Shown one piece after another: positions 1 to 9,568 of a stretch of 64,000 nt of DNA (positions are counted from its first letter, which is position 1; every line of letters starts with the position of its first letter). Location of the stretch: the NCBI GenBank assembly GCA_964465315.1, contig CAYXIK010000001.1:172479-236478 (forward strand), written 5' to 3'. Both the position numbers and the translations under genes were made by a program. Below the pieces are notes generated by a model. That model was not told where the DNA came from and made no database searches. It was given only the letters and a program-made list of their open reading frames with translations. The DNA is from an uncultured Gemmatimonadaceae bacterium (GTDB lineage Bacteria > Gemmatimonadota > Gemmatimonadetes > Gemmatimonadales > GWC2-71-9).

Positions 1-495
1 GACCTGCGTGTCCTCCATCGCATCCTTAGCCGTCTGCAGCGTCGCCTCGGCGTTCACCACGGCGGCTTGTGCGGTCGCCTGGGCGAGCTTCGAGGCCTCG
101 TACTCGGTCTCCGCAATCGACTCAGACTTGTACAGGTCCTCGCTGCGCTTGAACTGGGCCGATGCGTTCCGGAGCTGCGCGCGCGCCTTGTCGAGCGCCG
201 CCTGTGCCTGTGCCAGGTTCTGCTCCGGAATGCGCGGGTCGATCCGCACGAGGAGCTGGCCCTTCTTCACCTCGTCCCCCGTTTGCACCGGCATCTCGGT
301 GATCTCGCCCCAGGCCTTGGATTTCACGCTGAACGTGAGGATCGGTTGCATCACCCCAGACGCGCTCGCCGTGACGACGATGTCGTGGTGCTCGACCGGG
401 ACCGCCTCGTAGAGCGGCGCCGTCTGGGCACTGTGGCAGGCCGCGGCGAACAGCGGGACCATGGCCGCTCTGCTGGAGGAGAGGAGGCGCGTCAT
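1..495 (-). CDS. Efflux membrane-fusion protein (HlyD/MacA family), N-terminal part; gene runs off the left edge
   Basis: Not in the ORF track because there is no stop inside the window. My translation from ATG 495 (ATGA overlap with the stop of 492..1241): [85 protein letters not shown]... It has a lipobox-like FAAAC, a lipoyl-like hairpin and a coiled coil ([17 protein letters not shown]), as in periplasmic adaptors. Confidence 0.7.
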   Translation of the reverse strand, partial: MTRLLSSSRAAMVPLFAAACHSAQTAPLYEAVPVEHHDIVVTASASGVMQPILTFSVKSKAWGEITEMPVQTGDEVKKGQLLVRIDPRIPEQNLAQAQAALDKARAQLRNASAQFKRSEDLYKSESIAETEYEASKLAQATAQAAVVNAEATLQTAKDAMEDTQV

Positions 496-1241
496 GGCCG
501 CGACGCGCGCGGGGTGCTCTCGTCGCGTTCGACGAGCCCGTCGCGCAGGTGGATCTGGCGGGAGGCGTGCGCCGCGATGTCCGCCTCGTGCGTGACCAGC
601 ACGATGGTCTGTCCCGTGTCGTGCAACTCCTCGAACACACGCATGATCTCCTCGCCGGTGGCCGAGTCGAGGTTGCCCGTGGGCTCGTCGGCGAGGAGGA
701 TCGAGGGATCGTTCACGAGGGCCCGGGCAATCGCCACCCGCTGGCGCTGACCGCCGGAAAGCTCGTTCGGCTTGTGTTCCATGCGGTCGGCGAGCCCCAC
801 GCGTTCGAGGGCGCCGGCCGCCTTGTCGCGGCGTTCCTTGGCGGCGAGCCCCGCGTAGATCAGTGGCAGCTCGACGTTGTGGAGTGCGCTGGCGCGCGGC
901 AGCAGGTTGAACGTCTGGAACACGAATCCGATTTCCTTGTTGCGGATGCGCGCGAGATCGTCATCCGACAGGTCGCTGACCTTCTGCCCGTTGAGCCAGT
1001 ACTCGCCGGCGGTCGGCGTGTCGAGACAGCCGATGAGGTTCATGAGAGTGGACTTGCCCGAGCCGGACGGGCCCATGATCGCCACGAACTCGTTCTTCTT
1101 GATCTGGACGTGCACGCCGCGTAGCGCGCGCACCACCTCACCGCCCATGTCGTAGTCGCGCGCCAGCTTGTGCGTGAGAATCACGATGTCCGGCAACGGT
1201 GTGTCGCCGGTGCGGAACGTCATCATCTCGGCGGTGGTCAC
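492..1241 (-). CDS. ABC transporter ATP-binding protein (MacB/LolD-type stand-alone ATPase)
   Basis: 249 aa. Walker [10 protein letters not shown], signature [15 protein letters not shown], Walker [10 protein letters not shown]-loop LVTHE. The start overlaps the stop of the upstream TolC-like gene. Confidence 0.9.
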   Translation of the reverse strand: MTTAEMMTFRTGDTPLPDIVILTHKLARDYDMGGEVVRALRGVHVQIKKNEFVAIMGPSGSGKSTLMNLIGCLDTPTAGEYWLNGQKVSDLSDDDLARIRNKEIGFVFQTFNLLPRASALHNVELPLIYAGLAAKERRDKAAGALERVGLADRMEHKPNELSGGQRQRVAIARALVNDPSILLADEPTGNLDSATGEEIMRVFEELHDTGQTIVLVTHEADIAAHASRQIHLRDGLVERDESTPRASRP

Positions 1242-2548
1242 AGGGAGTGCCCCACCAGCGCTTCGACTTGGGCGCGAGCGATCAGGTAGTTGTACCGCGC
1301 CTGGATCTGGTTCACTTCGGCCTGCGTCAGGTTGGCTTCGGCCGTCAGCAGGTCGAGGAGGGTCGCGGCGCCGAGGCGGTAGCGCTCCTGCTGGACGCGG
1401 AGCGCCTCGGTAGCCGCCGCCGCGTTGTTACCGGTGATCGCGATCTGGGCGAACGCAGTAAACGTGGCGGCGATCTGTTGAGTCAGCTGAGCGTCGACTT
1501 GCCGTCGCGTGTCCGCAGCTTGTGCGCGGGCGAGATCGAGAGCGGTGGTGCTCTGCGCCGTCACCTGCTCGCGTTGAAAGCCATTGAACAAGGTCCACGA
1601 GAGCCCAATCCGCAGCTGGTTCAGGTTGCGCTGGGTTGAGCTTGGATCGAACCCGTTCCAGGGAGCGGTGGGCCCCTGGCTCGACGTGGTGTATGACGCA
1701 GTGAGTGTCGGCCAGTATTGGGAGCGAGACTGCCACATGGCCGCGGACGCGGCCCGCTCTTGGGCTGCGGCCTGCACCACGACGGGCGCCTGCTGCAGCG
1801 CCGCCGCGCGGAGACCTGTTGTGTCGGGGAGCGATGGCCGTTGCGAGTCGGGCACCGCCCGCACCGGCGCGTCCGCGCCGACCTGCCTCGCGAGGCTGGC
1901 CCGAGCGGTGGCGAGGTTGGCCCGGGCCTGGAGCGCCGCGAGCTGGGCATTGCCGAAATCGACGGTCGAGGTAAGAGTGTCGGCCCGGGTCGCCGCACCG
2001 ACCTGAAACCGGTTCACGGAGATTTGGCGCTCCTCCTTCGCGCGTTGCAGCTGGGCGTCGGCGACCCGCACCAACTCCTCATTCGCGAGGGCCGTGTAGA
2101 AGAGCTGCTGCGTAGCGACTGTTACTTGAAACCGTTGGTTGACGAGCCCCGCATCGGCCGCGTCCTCAGTCGCGTTAGCGTTTCGGTATTGGGCAATACG
2201 GCGAAACCCGGTGAACAGGTCGAGCGACGCGGTGAGTCCTGTGCTGTACTGGTACGCGCCCGTACCGCCCGCCTGCAGGCCGTTCACAACGGAGCCGGTG
2301 TTCTGGCGAAAGGCGCTTGAGCTCAACGTCACGGTGGGTAGGAAGGCGCCGTCGGCCGCTCGCTTCTGCCAGCCGGCGTTCGAAACCGCCCCCCGCGCCT
2401 GCACCATCGTCGGTTGCACGTCGAGCGCCCGGCGAACGGCCTCAGCCAGGGTCATCTCCAGCTGCGGCTGCTGCGCCCCGAGGCTCCCCCCGTTCGCGAG
2501 CAGCACCGACACGATTCCCGCGACGACTCCGTGCCGCGCGTGCATCAC
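1238..2548 (-). CDS. TolC-family outer-membrane efflux protein
   Basis: 436 aa. Signal-like N-terminus, twofold internal repeat, and a C-terminal [29 protein letters not shown] pattern typical of TolC/OprM-family proteins. The start is either GTG 2548 or ATG 2545. Confidence 0.85.
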   Translation of the reverse strand: MMHARHGVVAGIVSVLLANGGSLGAQQPQLEMTLAEAVRRALDVQPTMVQARGAVSNAGWQKRAADGAFLPTVTLSSSAFRQNTGSVVNGLQAGGTGAYQYSTGLTASLDLFTGFRRIAQYRNANATEDAADAGLVNQRFQVTVATQQLFYTALANEELVRVADAQLQRAKEERQISVNRFQVGAATRADTLTSTVDFGNAQLAALQARANLATARASLARQVGADAPVRAVPDSQRPSLPDTTGLRAAALQQAPVVVQAAAQERAASAAMWQSRSQYWPTLTASYTTSSQGPTAPWNGFDPSSTQRNLNQLRIGLSWTLFNGFQREQVTAQSTTALDLARAQAADTRRQVDAQLTQQIAATFTAFAQIAITGNNAAAATEALRVQQERYRLGAATLLDLLTAEANLTQAEVNQIQARYNYLIARAQVEALVGHSL

Positions 2549-2952
2549 TTCTTTTGCCCTCCCGAGTCACCCCGCTCCTGATCCTTCTGATGCCGGTACC
2601 GGGTGACATGGTCGCGGTACTTCGCCTGCTGGTCCAGGGTCAGGTGGCGCGACACCTCGGAGTCCATCACGGCGCGCATCGAGTCAAACCGCGGGCGCAC
2701 CGTCTCCCAGACCGCGCTCATGCGGGTCCAATGGCGCTGGACGATGGCGCGCACCGAGTCGTGCTGGAGTGGCGTGAGGTGCAGCTCCTCGTCCAGCTCG
2801 CTCATCATCCGATCGATGCCGCGCGGCCGCTCGGGTGCCGCGGCGGACGCGTACCGGACCCACAACGCCCGCCCCCCGGCACCCACGGCGGCACCCGCGG
2901 CGAAGGTGGCGGCGAGCAGTACCACGGCCCACGTCTTGGAACGATTCAGCAT
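2545..2952 (-). CDS. Periplasmic LTXXQ-motif protein (Spy/CpxP/ZraP-like)
   Basis: 135 aa. N-terminal anchor or signal (WAVVLLAATFAAGAAVG) and two LTXXQ motifs (LTPLQ, LTLDQ). It sits directly after the sigma/anti-sigma pair. Confidence 0.65.
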   Translation of the reverse strand: MLNRSKTWAVVLLAATFAAGAAVGAGGRALWVRYASAAAPERPRGIDRMMSELDEELHLTPLQHDSVRAIVQRHWTRMSAVWETVRPRFDSMRAVMDSEVSRHLTLDQQAKYRDHVTRYRHQKDQERGDSGGQKK

Positions 2953-2967
2953 GACGGCCTTCTCCTT

Positions 2968-3318
2968 CTACTGGTTGTCGATCACCGAGGCGAGGACGAT
3001 TTCGACCTCCCGAGGATGCGCGGGCGGCGATAGGAGCACATCCGTCATCGTGGGCCGCTGAGCTGGCGTAGCAACCCCCGCCCGGCCGACGAAATAGCCG
3101 GCGATGACCGCCACGAGGATCGCGGCGGCCACGCCCGCGCGCGCCCACCGCGCGAGCACGTGGTCCCACGACGTCGCACGCACATTCGCAGCCCGGGCCA
3201 GCACGCGGGCGACAAAGGCGGAGTTCCCGTCCTCGCCGTCCTCCGGGTCGAGCGCCCGTCGCAGGGCGTCTCCAAGCAACGGATCGGGCCGGTGATCGAA
3301 CGGCTGCAAGTCCTTCAT
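2968..3318 (-). CDS. Putative anti-sigma factor (single-pass membrane protein)
   Basis: I trimmed ORF 2968..3333 to ATG 3318. That ATG follows GGAAGGAGG and overlaps the sigma stop (ATGA). One central TM segment (AGVAAAILVAVIAGYFVG). The call rests on position after the ECF sigma; no ZAS motif is visible. Confidence 0.5.
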   Translation of the reverse strand: MKDLQPFDHRPDPLLGDALRRALDPEDGEDGNSAFVARVLARAANVRATSWDHVLARWARAGVAAAILVAVIAGYFVGRAGVATPAQRPTMTDVLLSPPAHPREVEIVLASVIDNQ

Positions 3319-3935
3319 GCGTCCTCCTTCCAATCCACGAGCAACGCGCGCAAACGCCGCCGCGCGTGAAATACTTCGGATCGCACGGTTCCCTCGGGAA
3401 TGCGAAGGATCTCGGCGATCTCGCCGTGCGAATAGCCTTCGACGTCGAATAGCACCACGGCCATCCGCCGTCGCTCAGGTAGCTCCGCCAGCGCTTCCCG
3501 TAACCGCTCCGCCAACGCGCGCCGCTCCGCGGTGGTATCGGGGCGCGGGCCGCCTGCCACGAAACCGAGGTCGAGCGGCTCAGCGCGTCGCACGGTGCGA
3601 CGGCGGCGGCGATCGGTAGCGGCGTTCGCGACGATGCGCAGGAGCCACGGGCCGAACGGGCGCCGCGGGTCGTACTGGTCGAGCTTCACGAGCGCCGAGA
3701 GCATGGCGTCCTGCGCGGCGTCGTCGGCATCCTCCGGATTGCCGAGGACGGCGCGCGCCACGCGCCGCGCGACACCGGCATACCGCTGAACCAGCGTGCC
3801 GAACGCCGCGCGATCACCCGCCACGGCGCGCGCCACCAAGTCCGCCTCGTCCTGATCAGCTATACGCGCGGCCTGCCGTGCGGGTTGGAGGGGCAGGGAG
3901 GGTCGAGGGGGAGGGGACCCCGGGGGATCAACCAT
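3315..3935 (-). CDS. ECF-type RNA polymerase sigma-70 factor
   Basis: I trimmed ORF 3315..4181 to ATG 3935. Region 2 (DAAQDAMLSALVKLDQYDPRRPFGPWLLRIVANAATDRRRR) and region 4 (RRMAVVLFDVEGYSHGEIAEILRIPEGTVRSEVFHARRRL) are both recognisable. Confidence 0.85.
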   Translation of the reverse strand: MVDPPGSPPPRPSLPLQPARQAARIADQDEADLVARAVAGDRAAFGTLVQRYAGVARRVARAVLGNPEDADDAAQDAMLSALVKLDQYDPRRPFGPWLLRIVANAATDRRRRRTVRRAEPLDLGFVAGGPRPDTTAERRALAERLREALAELPERRRMAVVLFDVEGYSHGEIAEILRIPEGTVRSEVFHARRRLRALLVDWKEDA

Positions 3936-5373
3936 CGTCCGCGTCCCTGGTGCGGCGTCGCTCGAACGCATAGCCGCTGAACGCCAGGGCCAGCGTGAAC
4001 GCGCCGACCGCGAGCACAATACCCATGACACGCGGGAATACGAGGAGCAGCCCGCCGGCGATCGCGCAACCGAGCGCCGCCGTGACCGCCATGGCGCGAC
4101 GGATCCCGCCCGCGACCCGCCGCAGCGCCACGACGGCCACGGCGCCGAGCTCGTATCCTGAGCGTTTGTGAGACGGGTCACCGGCTTCCGGGCTCGCGCC
4201 GGTGGCGGGGGTTCCCACGAGGCGCTCCGGTAACCTCAGGCGACGCGGCTGCAGCACGACCTCGACGCTCGAGGTGAGATCGTGCCGGAACTGTCGGGCG
4301 AGCTCCTCGGTCAGATGCTCGCACTCGGCCGCGAGATCGAGCTCGTAGTTCGTGAGCAGGCTCGAGACGTTCAGGTTGCTGGATCCGACCCGCGCCCAGC
4401 GCCGGTCCACGAGCATGGTCTTGGCGTGGATCATTGGGCCCTGGTACTCGTATACGCGCACGCCCGCGCGCAACAGGTCGCGATAGCCGACCCGAGTGAA
4501 GTTCCGGAGCACGGGTAGGTCGGTCGCGCCCGGGACGAGAACTCGCACGTCCACCCCGCTCTTCGCGGCGTCCACGAAGGCTGCGTACAGCGGCGCAGGT
4601 GCGACGAGGTACGCGTCCGTAATCCAGAGGCGCTCGGCGGCGCTCGCGGCGAGCAACTGCACCGCCCGGTACACCCGGGCGCGTCCGGGTACGCCTTCCA
4701 CGGCGCGCACCGTGGAGCCGCCCGCCGTCGCCGGGTCGGCGTCGAGTTCGTCGGGCGGGAGGGCCGCGCCGGCGCGGCTCCAGATGCGGGTGAACGCGCC
4801 GTCGAACGCAGCCGCGGCCGGCCCCGACACGGCGACCATCGTATCACGCCACGGCCGCCGGCCGCGCGCCAGATCGCCGGCCCACTCGTTCCCGATGCAC
4901 AGGCCGCCGAGCATCGCCCATCCGCCATCCACGACGAGCAGCTTGCGGTGGTCGCGTGACAGCAGGTCGAACGGATGCCGGGTGAGGAGGGGATTGAAGG
5001 CGCGCACCTCGACGCCAGCCCGGACGAGCCGGCGCCAGAAGCTCCGTGAGGTCCCGACGGAGCCGAGAGCGTCGTACAAGACACGGACGGGGACGCCCGA
5101 CCCCGCGCGCTCGACCAGCGCGTCGGCGAACCGGCGGCCGGTGGCGTCGTCCCGGATGATGTAGTTCTCGAGGTGGACCCAACGCTCCGCCCCGGCGATC
5201 CCGGCCACCATCGCATCGAGCGCACGTGGGCTGTCGGCGTAATGATCGAGCCGGTTGCCGCCGATCGGCCGCGCTCCCGCAGCGCGGTCGATCGCCAGCG
5301 TCAGCTCGTCGCGCTCGGCCGGGGAACGGGTCGCCCGCTCCTCGACGCGCGCCGCGGTAGTGGAGCCGCTCAC
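3928..5373 (-). CDS. Phospholipase D / cardiolipin synthase-like protein
   Basis: 481 aa. Two HKD motifs (HRKLLVVDG..., HAKTMLVDRRWARVGSSNLN). The hydrophobic hairpin is at the C-terminus (AMAVTAALGCAIAGGLLLVFPRVMGIVLAVGAFTLALAF). Confidence 0.85.
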   Translation of the reverse strand: MSGSTTAARVEERATRSPAERDELTLAIDRAAGARPIGGNRLDHYADSPRALDAMVAGIAGAERWVHLENYIIRDDATGRRFADALVERAGSGVPVRVLYDALGSVGTSRSFWRRLVRAGVEVRAFNPLLTRHPFDLLSRDHRKLLVVDGGWAMLGGLCIGNEWAGDLARGRRPWRDTMVAVSGPAAAAFDGAFTRIWSRAGAALPPDELDADPATAGGSTVRAVEGVPGRARVYRAVQLLAASAAERLWITDAYLVAPAPLYAAFVDAAKSGVDVRVLVPGATDLPVLRNFTRVGYRDLLRAGVRVYEYQGPMIHAKTMLVDRRWARVGSSNLNVSSLLTNYELDLAAECEHLTEELARQFRHDLTSSVEVVLQPRRLRLPERLVGTPATGASPEAGDPSHKRSGYELGAVAVVALRRVAGGIRRAMAVTAALGCAIAGGLLLVFPRVMGIVLAVGAFTLALAFSGYAFERRRTRDADDG

Positions 5374-5957
5374 CCCACCGACGCCTGCGCGCCCAGGCCG
5401 AGCGCGCTTTCCACCGGGCGGAGCGCCCGGATCACGAACGCGATGTGCTCGTCCAGCGGCACGCCCAGCTCAGTCGCCCCCTGATCGACTTCGGCCCGGT
5501 TTACGCCCTTCGCGAACGCCTTGTCCTTGAGCTTCTTCTTGACGGATTTCACCTCTAGATCCGCGAAGCTTCGGGATGGGCGCACCAACGCGCACGCTAC
5601 CAGGAATCCGCACAGCTCGTCGACGGCAAAGAGCGTCCGGGCCATCGGCGTGTCACGCGGCACGCCGGTGTACGTCCCGTGTCCGAGGATCGCCCGGCAG
5701 ACCGGCTCGGCGACCCCCTTCTCGCGTAGGAGCCGCGCGCCCCACGCCGGGTGGCCTTCGGTGGGCGAGTGCTCGTGGTTCGGGTATTTCTCGTAATCGA
5801 AGTCGTGCAACAGTCCCGCCAGACCCCACGCCTCCCCGTCCTCGCCGGACTTGCTCGCGTACGCGCGCATCGCCGCCTCGACCGCCAGCATGTGTTGCCG
5901 CAGGGACGGGGACTGAGTGTGCTCGTGCATCAGGTTGAGGGCTTCGGTTCTATTCAT
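5370..5957 (-). CDS. HD-domain phosphohydrolase
   Basis: 195 aa. H...HD signature (LRQHMLAVE ... GLLHDFDYEKY) plus downstream His residues (ILGHGTY). Confidence 0.8.
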   Translation of the reverse strand: MNRTEALNLMHEHTQSPSLRQHMLAVEAAMRAYASKSGEDGEAWGLAGLLHDFDYEKYPNHEHSPTEGHPAWGARLLREKGVAEPVCRAILGHGTYTGVPRDTPMARTLFAVDELCGFLVACALVRPSRSFADLEVKSVKKKLKDKAFAKGVNRAEVDQGATELGVPLDEHIAFVIRALRPVESALGLGAQASVG

Positions 5958-5978
5958 ACCTATCCGTTTGGCCCGGCG

Positions 5979-7823
5979 TCAACGAAGGTCGACCTGCCAC
6001 CGTTCCGCCCATAGCTCCGCCATCAAGAGGGGCCACAGTTTGCGAGCATTGTTACGCCGGCCGCTGCGGTGCTCCGCAAGCAGGCTCGCCGTCGGCGCAC
6101 CCTTGAACACCCGGGGCGCCGCGAGATACCGGTCGGCGAGCGGGGCCAGCCCCGCGTTGAGCCACCGCGCCACTGGCACCGAGAGGCCGCGCTTCCTCCG
6201 CCGGATCACGGCGGGAGGCACGAGGCCCGACGCAGCTTTCTTTAATATCGCTTTGGTGGTGAAGCCATGCACCTTGAGCGCCGACGGCGCCGGGAGGACC
6301 AGCTCCATCACTTCGCGGTCGAGATAGGGAGCGCGCGCCTCGATCGACGCGAGCATCGTTCCGCGGTCGACCTTTACGAGCAGATTGTCCGGCAAATACG
6401 TGAGAAGATCGAGCCAGAGGATCCGATTCATAGGATCGGTGCGGGGGAACGGCGCGAGCCGGCAGCCGAAGTCAGCGACGGCGCCTGCTCCCGCGGCCTC
6501 CGGCGCTGGGCCCAGCGCGCCGAACCAGGAGAGATGGCGCTCGAGCCACGGCAGCTCCGCGGCCCCCACGAACTGCTTGAGCAGGAACTCGAGCGTGACC
6601 TTGCCGGTCGACGTCGGCCAGCGCTCGACGGTCCAGCGGAGCGCGCGGCGCAATGCCCGAGGCGCGCGGAGGTAGGCGAGCGCCGCCGTGTGGCCCAGGT
6701 AGGTCGGGTAACCGCCGAACAGCTCGTCCGCGCCCTCTCCCGAGAGCACGACTTTCACGTGCTCCCGGGCTGCTTCGGCCAGGAGGTATGTTGGCAGGAT
6801 GGCGGGGTCGCCCACCGGCTCGGCGAGGGATTTGATGACGATGTCGAATGCCCGCTCGAGCGCCGTATCATCCGCCGTGACCACGTGGTGCACCGTGCGG
6901 ATATCGTGCGTCACCGCCTCGGCGTAGGCGCTCTCGTCGTAGCCCCGCTCCAGGAACTTCACCGAGTACGTGTGAATCCTCTCGCCGGCCATGACGCGCG
7001 CCGCCGCGCCGGCGAGGAGCGACGAATCGAGGCCGCCGCTCGTGAACACGCCGACCGGCACGTCGGACATTAGCTCGCGCTCCACCGCGCGGACGAGCGC
7101 GTCTTGGAGTGCGGCAGGCGACTCGAGGCGTGACGTTCGGGCGGCGACCTGCGCCGGGTCCCAATAGCGGTGCTGTGAGACACCGGTCCGATCCGCTACC
7201 AAGACGTGGGCGGGCTCGACCTTCGAGATGCCCTCGAGCATCGTCAGCGGAGCGGGGACGTAGCCGAGGGCGCTGTAGAGCGCGGCCGCCTGGGAATTCA
7301 AGCGCCGCTGCTGGTCGGGGTAGGCAAGAAGCGCCTGAACCTCGGAGGCGAACCGCAGCTCGCCTTCTATCTCCACCCAGAAGAGCGGCTTTTCGCCCGC
7401 CCGGTCGCGCGCCAGGATCAGACGCTGACGCCGATCGTCCCAGATCGCGAGGCCGAACATGCCCTCGAGCCGCGCCACGCCGTCGGGACCGAGCCGTTGG
7501 TACAAGGGGACGATGGTCTCGATGTCGCCGGTCGAGCGGAAGGGATAGCCGGCCCGGGTCCCCGCGAGGCGCAGATCGCGGGCGTTGTAGATCTCGCCGT
7601 TGCACACCATCCAGACGGAGCCGTCGGGATTCTGAAACGGCTGGTCGCCGGTGGTGAGGTCCATGATGGCCAGCCGGCGGGCGCCGAGCCGGGCGCGCTC
7701 GTGACCGACAGTGCGCTCACCGTCCGGCCCGCGATGCGCGAGGGCAGCCGCCATGGACGCGATGCAGTCGGGGTGCTTGAGCGGAGCGCCCGTGAGAGAG
7801 ACGGCGCCGAAGATACCGCACAC
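5979..7823 (-). CDS. asnB: Asparagine synthase (glutamine-hydrolysing) family amidotransferase
   Basis: 614 aa. N-terminal MCGIFG Ntn nucleophile and PP-loop SGGLDSS. Its start overlaps the stop of the GT-C gene by 1 nt. Confidence 0.9.
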   Translation of the reverse strand: MCGIFGAVSLTGAPLKHPDCIASMAAALAHRGPDGERTVGHERARLGARRLAIMDLTTGDQPFQNPDGSVWMVCNGEIYNARDLRLAGTRAGYPFRSTGDIETIVPLYQRLGPDGVARLEGMFGLAIWDDRRQRLILARDRAGEKPLFWVEIEGELRFASEVQALLAYPDQQRRLNSQAAALYSALGYVPAPLTMLEGISKVEPAHVLVADRTGVSQHRYWDPAQVAARTSRLESPAALQDALVRAVERELMSDVPVGVFTSGGLDSSLLAGAAARVMAGERIHTYSVKFLERGYDESAYAEAVTHDIRTVHHVVTADDTALERAFDIVIKSLAEPVGDPAILPTYLLAEAAREHVKVVLSGEGADELFGGYPTYLGHTAALAYLRAPRALRRALRWTVERWPTSTGKVTLEFLLKQFVGAAELPWLERHLSWFGALGPAPEAAGAGAVADFGCRLAPFPRTDPMNRILWLDLLTYLPDNLLVKVDRGTMLASIEARAPYLDREVMELVLPAPSALKVHGFTTKAILKKAASGLVPPAVIRRRKRGLSVPVARWLNAGLAPLADRYLAAPRVFKGAPTASLLAEHRSGRRNNARKLWPLLMAELWAERWQVDLR

Positions 7824-9502
7824 TACCGCCCCCTCCCCCGGCCCCGGGGAGGTCCGGGAGGTGGTGGAGGTTGTGAATCCGCACGAGGGCGGCAGGGGCC
7901 GTAGGCCGCGTAGTGATCGTCCGACGCCAGGAGCGGGAGCGCAGCGGCGAGCGCGGCGCGGGACTCGCGGTTTCCCGCGCTCGCGAGGAACACCGTGGGG
8001 ACTGCGCAGCGGGCGAGCGCCTCGCGCCAGAAGCTCGCCGGGAGGAGCGGCGAGCCGGGCATGGAGCGGAAGCGCTCGACGTTATCAGCGATGTAGTTGC
8101 TGGTGAGCTCCGCGCCCGTGGCCGTAGCAACCGGCACCATGCGTCGCAAGTAGAAAGGCAGTGAAGGCGGGTACGCGAGCACGCCCATAACCGAACCGGT
8201 GCCACTGCTCTCGCGCAACGCCACGGCCGTGGCGTTGGCGACGGCGCCGGACGAGCGGTCCTCGCCCACCGCGGTCAACAACCTGCCGGAAAGAAACGGG
8301 ATGGTCATCACGACTACGGCGTACCCGAACATGATCGTCCGGGGCCGCCGCGCGAGGGCGCCGAGTCCCACGAGGGCTGCGGAGCAGAGGGCGACGACCC
8401 CGAGCGCAACGGCGGTCGGTGGGATCGCGGACTTTTCAGCCGCTGTGAGACTGATCGGCGCGGGAAGCCACCAGGTCAGCGCCACGAGCGCTCCGCCCAG
8501 GAGAGCGGCGACCGGCACGTACGCGCGTGCCGCGGTGGTGCTTCCGCCGGAAGCGAAGTTGCGCGTGGCGGCGAGCGCGAACGCCGGGATGAGGGGCAGC
8601 ACGTACTGCGGCAGCTTCGACTGGTTGAGCGAGAGAAAGACGAGGGGCACGATCACCCAACATGCCAGCAGGAGCGGCTCACGCGCGGCCGGATCGCGCC
8701 GCGCCTCCCAGGCGGCACGCCACTGCTTCACGCGCGCCAAGGCCGGCACGATCCACGGGAAGGCCGCGAGCGGCAGGATCGGCAGATAATACCAGAACGG
8801 CGCCGTCCGATGAAAGCTGCGCGTGGTCACTCGCTCGAGCGTTTCGCGCACGAAGACGTAGTGCGGGAAGTCCGGGTGTCTGAGAGCCACCGCGGCGAAC
8901 CAGGGCAAGACGATCACAGCGAACGCCGCGAGCCCACGCCACGGAAACAGCCGACGCAGGGGCGCGCCAGTCAGGAGCGCGTGCGTAACGAGGGCGAGGA
9001 GCGGGATGGCGAGGGCGATCGGGCCCTTGGTCAGGGCCCCGACGGCGAGCGCGCTCCAGGCGGCGACGGGCCGTTCGTCCCAGAACCAGAGCACGGCTCC
9101 GGTCGTGCAGAGCGTGAGCGCGCTGTCGAAGATAGCCGTGCGGGCGTACGCGAGCGGGAGCAGCATGGTGGCATACGCGAGCCCCGCGATCCAGCCGGCG
9201 TCGTCCCCCCAGTGGCGCCGCGCGAACGCCACGAGCAGCGCAATCGTCGCGAGGGTCGCGAGATACGCGGGCAGCCGAGCCGCCGTTTCCGTCGGCCCGG
9301 CGACCTCCATGACCGCCGCGGCGGCGGCGAAATAGACGATCGGCTTATCGAGGTAGGGAAGCCCGTCGAGGTGGGGCACGACATAGTCGTTCGATTGCGC
9401 CATCTCGCGCGCGACTTCGGCGTTCCGGCCTTCGTCAGGGTCGAGCAGGCGATAGCCGTTCAGGTTCCAGCCGAGCGCCACCGCGGCGAGGACCAGGAGC
9501 AA
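7823..9502 (-). CDS. GT-C fold glycosyltransferase (ArnT/PMT-like, family 39/83-like)
   Basis: 559 aa with a TTG start. Many TM segments. N-terminal loop motif DPDEGRNAEVAREM...HLDGLPYLDKPIVYF as in ArnT/PMT enzymes. Confidence 0.8.
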   Translation of the reverse strand: MLLVLAAVALGWNLNGYRLLDPDEGRNAEVAREMAQSNDYVVPHLDGLPYLDKPIVYFAAAAAVMEVAGPTETAARLPAYLATLATIALLVAFARRHWGDDAGWIAGLAYATMLLPLAYARTAIFDSALTLCTTGAVLWFWDERPVAAWSALAVGALTKGPIALAIPLLALVTHALLTGAPLRRLFPWRGLAAFAVIVLPWFAAVALRHPDFPHYVFVRETLERVTTRSFHRTAPFWYYLPILPLAAFPWIVPALARVKQWRAAWEARRDPAAREPLLLACWVIVPLVFLSLNQSKLPQYVLPLIPAFALAATRNFASGGSTTAARAYVPVAALLGGALVALTWWLPAPISLTAAEKSAIPPTAVALGVVALCSAALVGLGALARRPRTIMFGYAVVVMTIPFLSGRLLTAVGEDRSSGAVANATAVALRESSGTGSVMGVLAYPPSLPFYLRRMVPVATATGAELTSNYIADNVERFRSMPGSPLLPASFWREALARCAVPTVFLASAGNRESRAALAAALPLLASDDHYAAYGPCRPRADSQPPPPPGPPRGRGRGR

Positions 9503-9568
9503 TGGCAGCCCCGTGGACGAGGGCGGGCGTGATGGCGAGGGCGGCGTGATGAGAATAAGCTATGGCGT

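Noticed and set aside
3936-4181. Long N-terminal extensions in the ORF track (3315..4181, 11874..12941, 13399..15000, 14885..16099, 17060..18790, 18812..20020, 24203..25477, 44254..46767, 59096..60937, 62186..62986)
   Set aside because: The extensions overlap upstream genes in another frame and are Arg/Ser/Pro-rich. Internal starts with Shine-Dalgarno sequences, signal peptides or stop-overlap coupling give proteins of the expected family length.
3928-5957. PLD-family plus HD-domain neighbours as a possible nuclease-based anti-phage module
   Set aside because: The PLD protein has the two-HKD cardiolipin-synthase/PLD layout with a membrane hairpin. The HD protein is a small housekeeping-type phosphohydrolase. 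There are no ATPase, helicase, TIR or other defence partners, and the genes are embedded in an envelope-biogenesis string.
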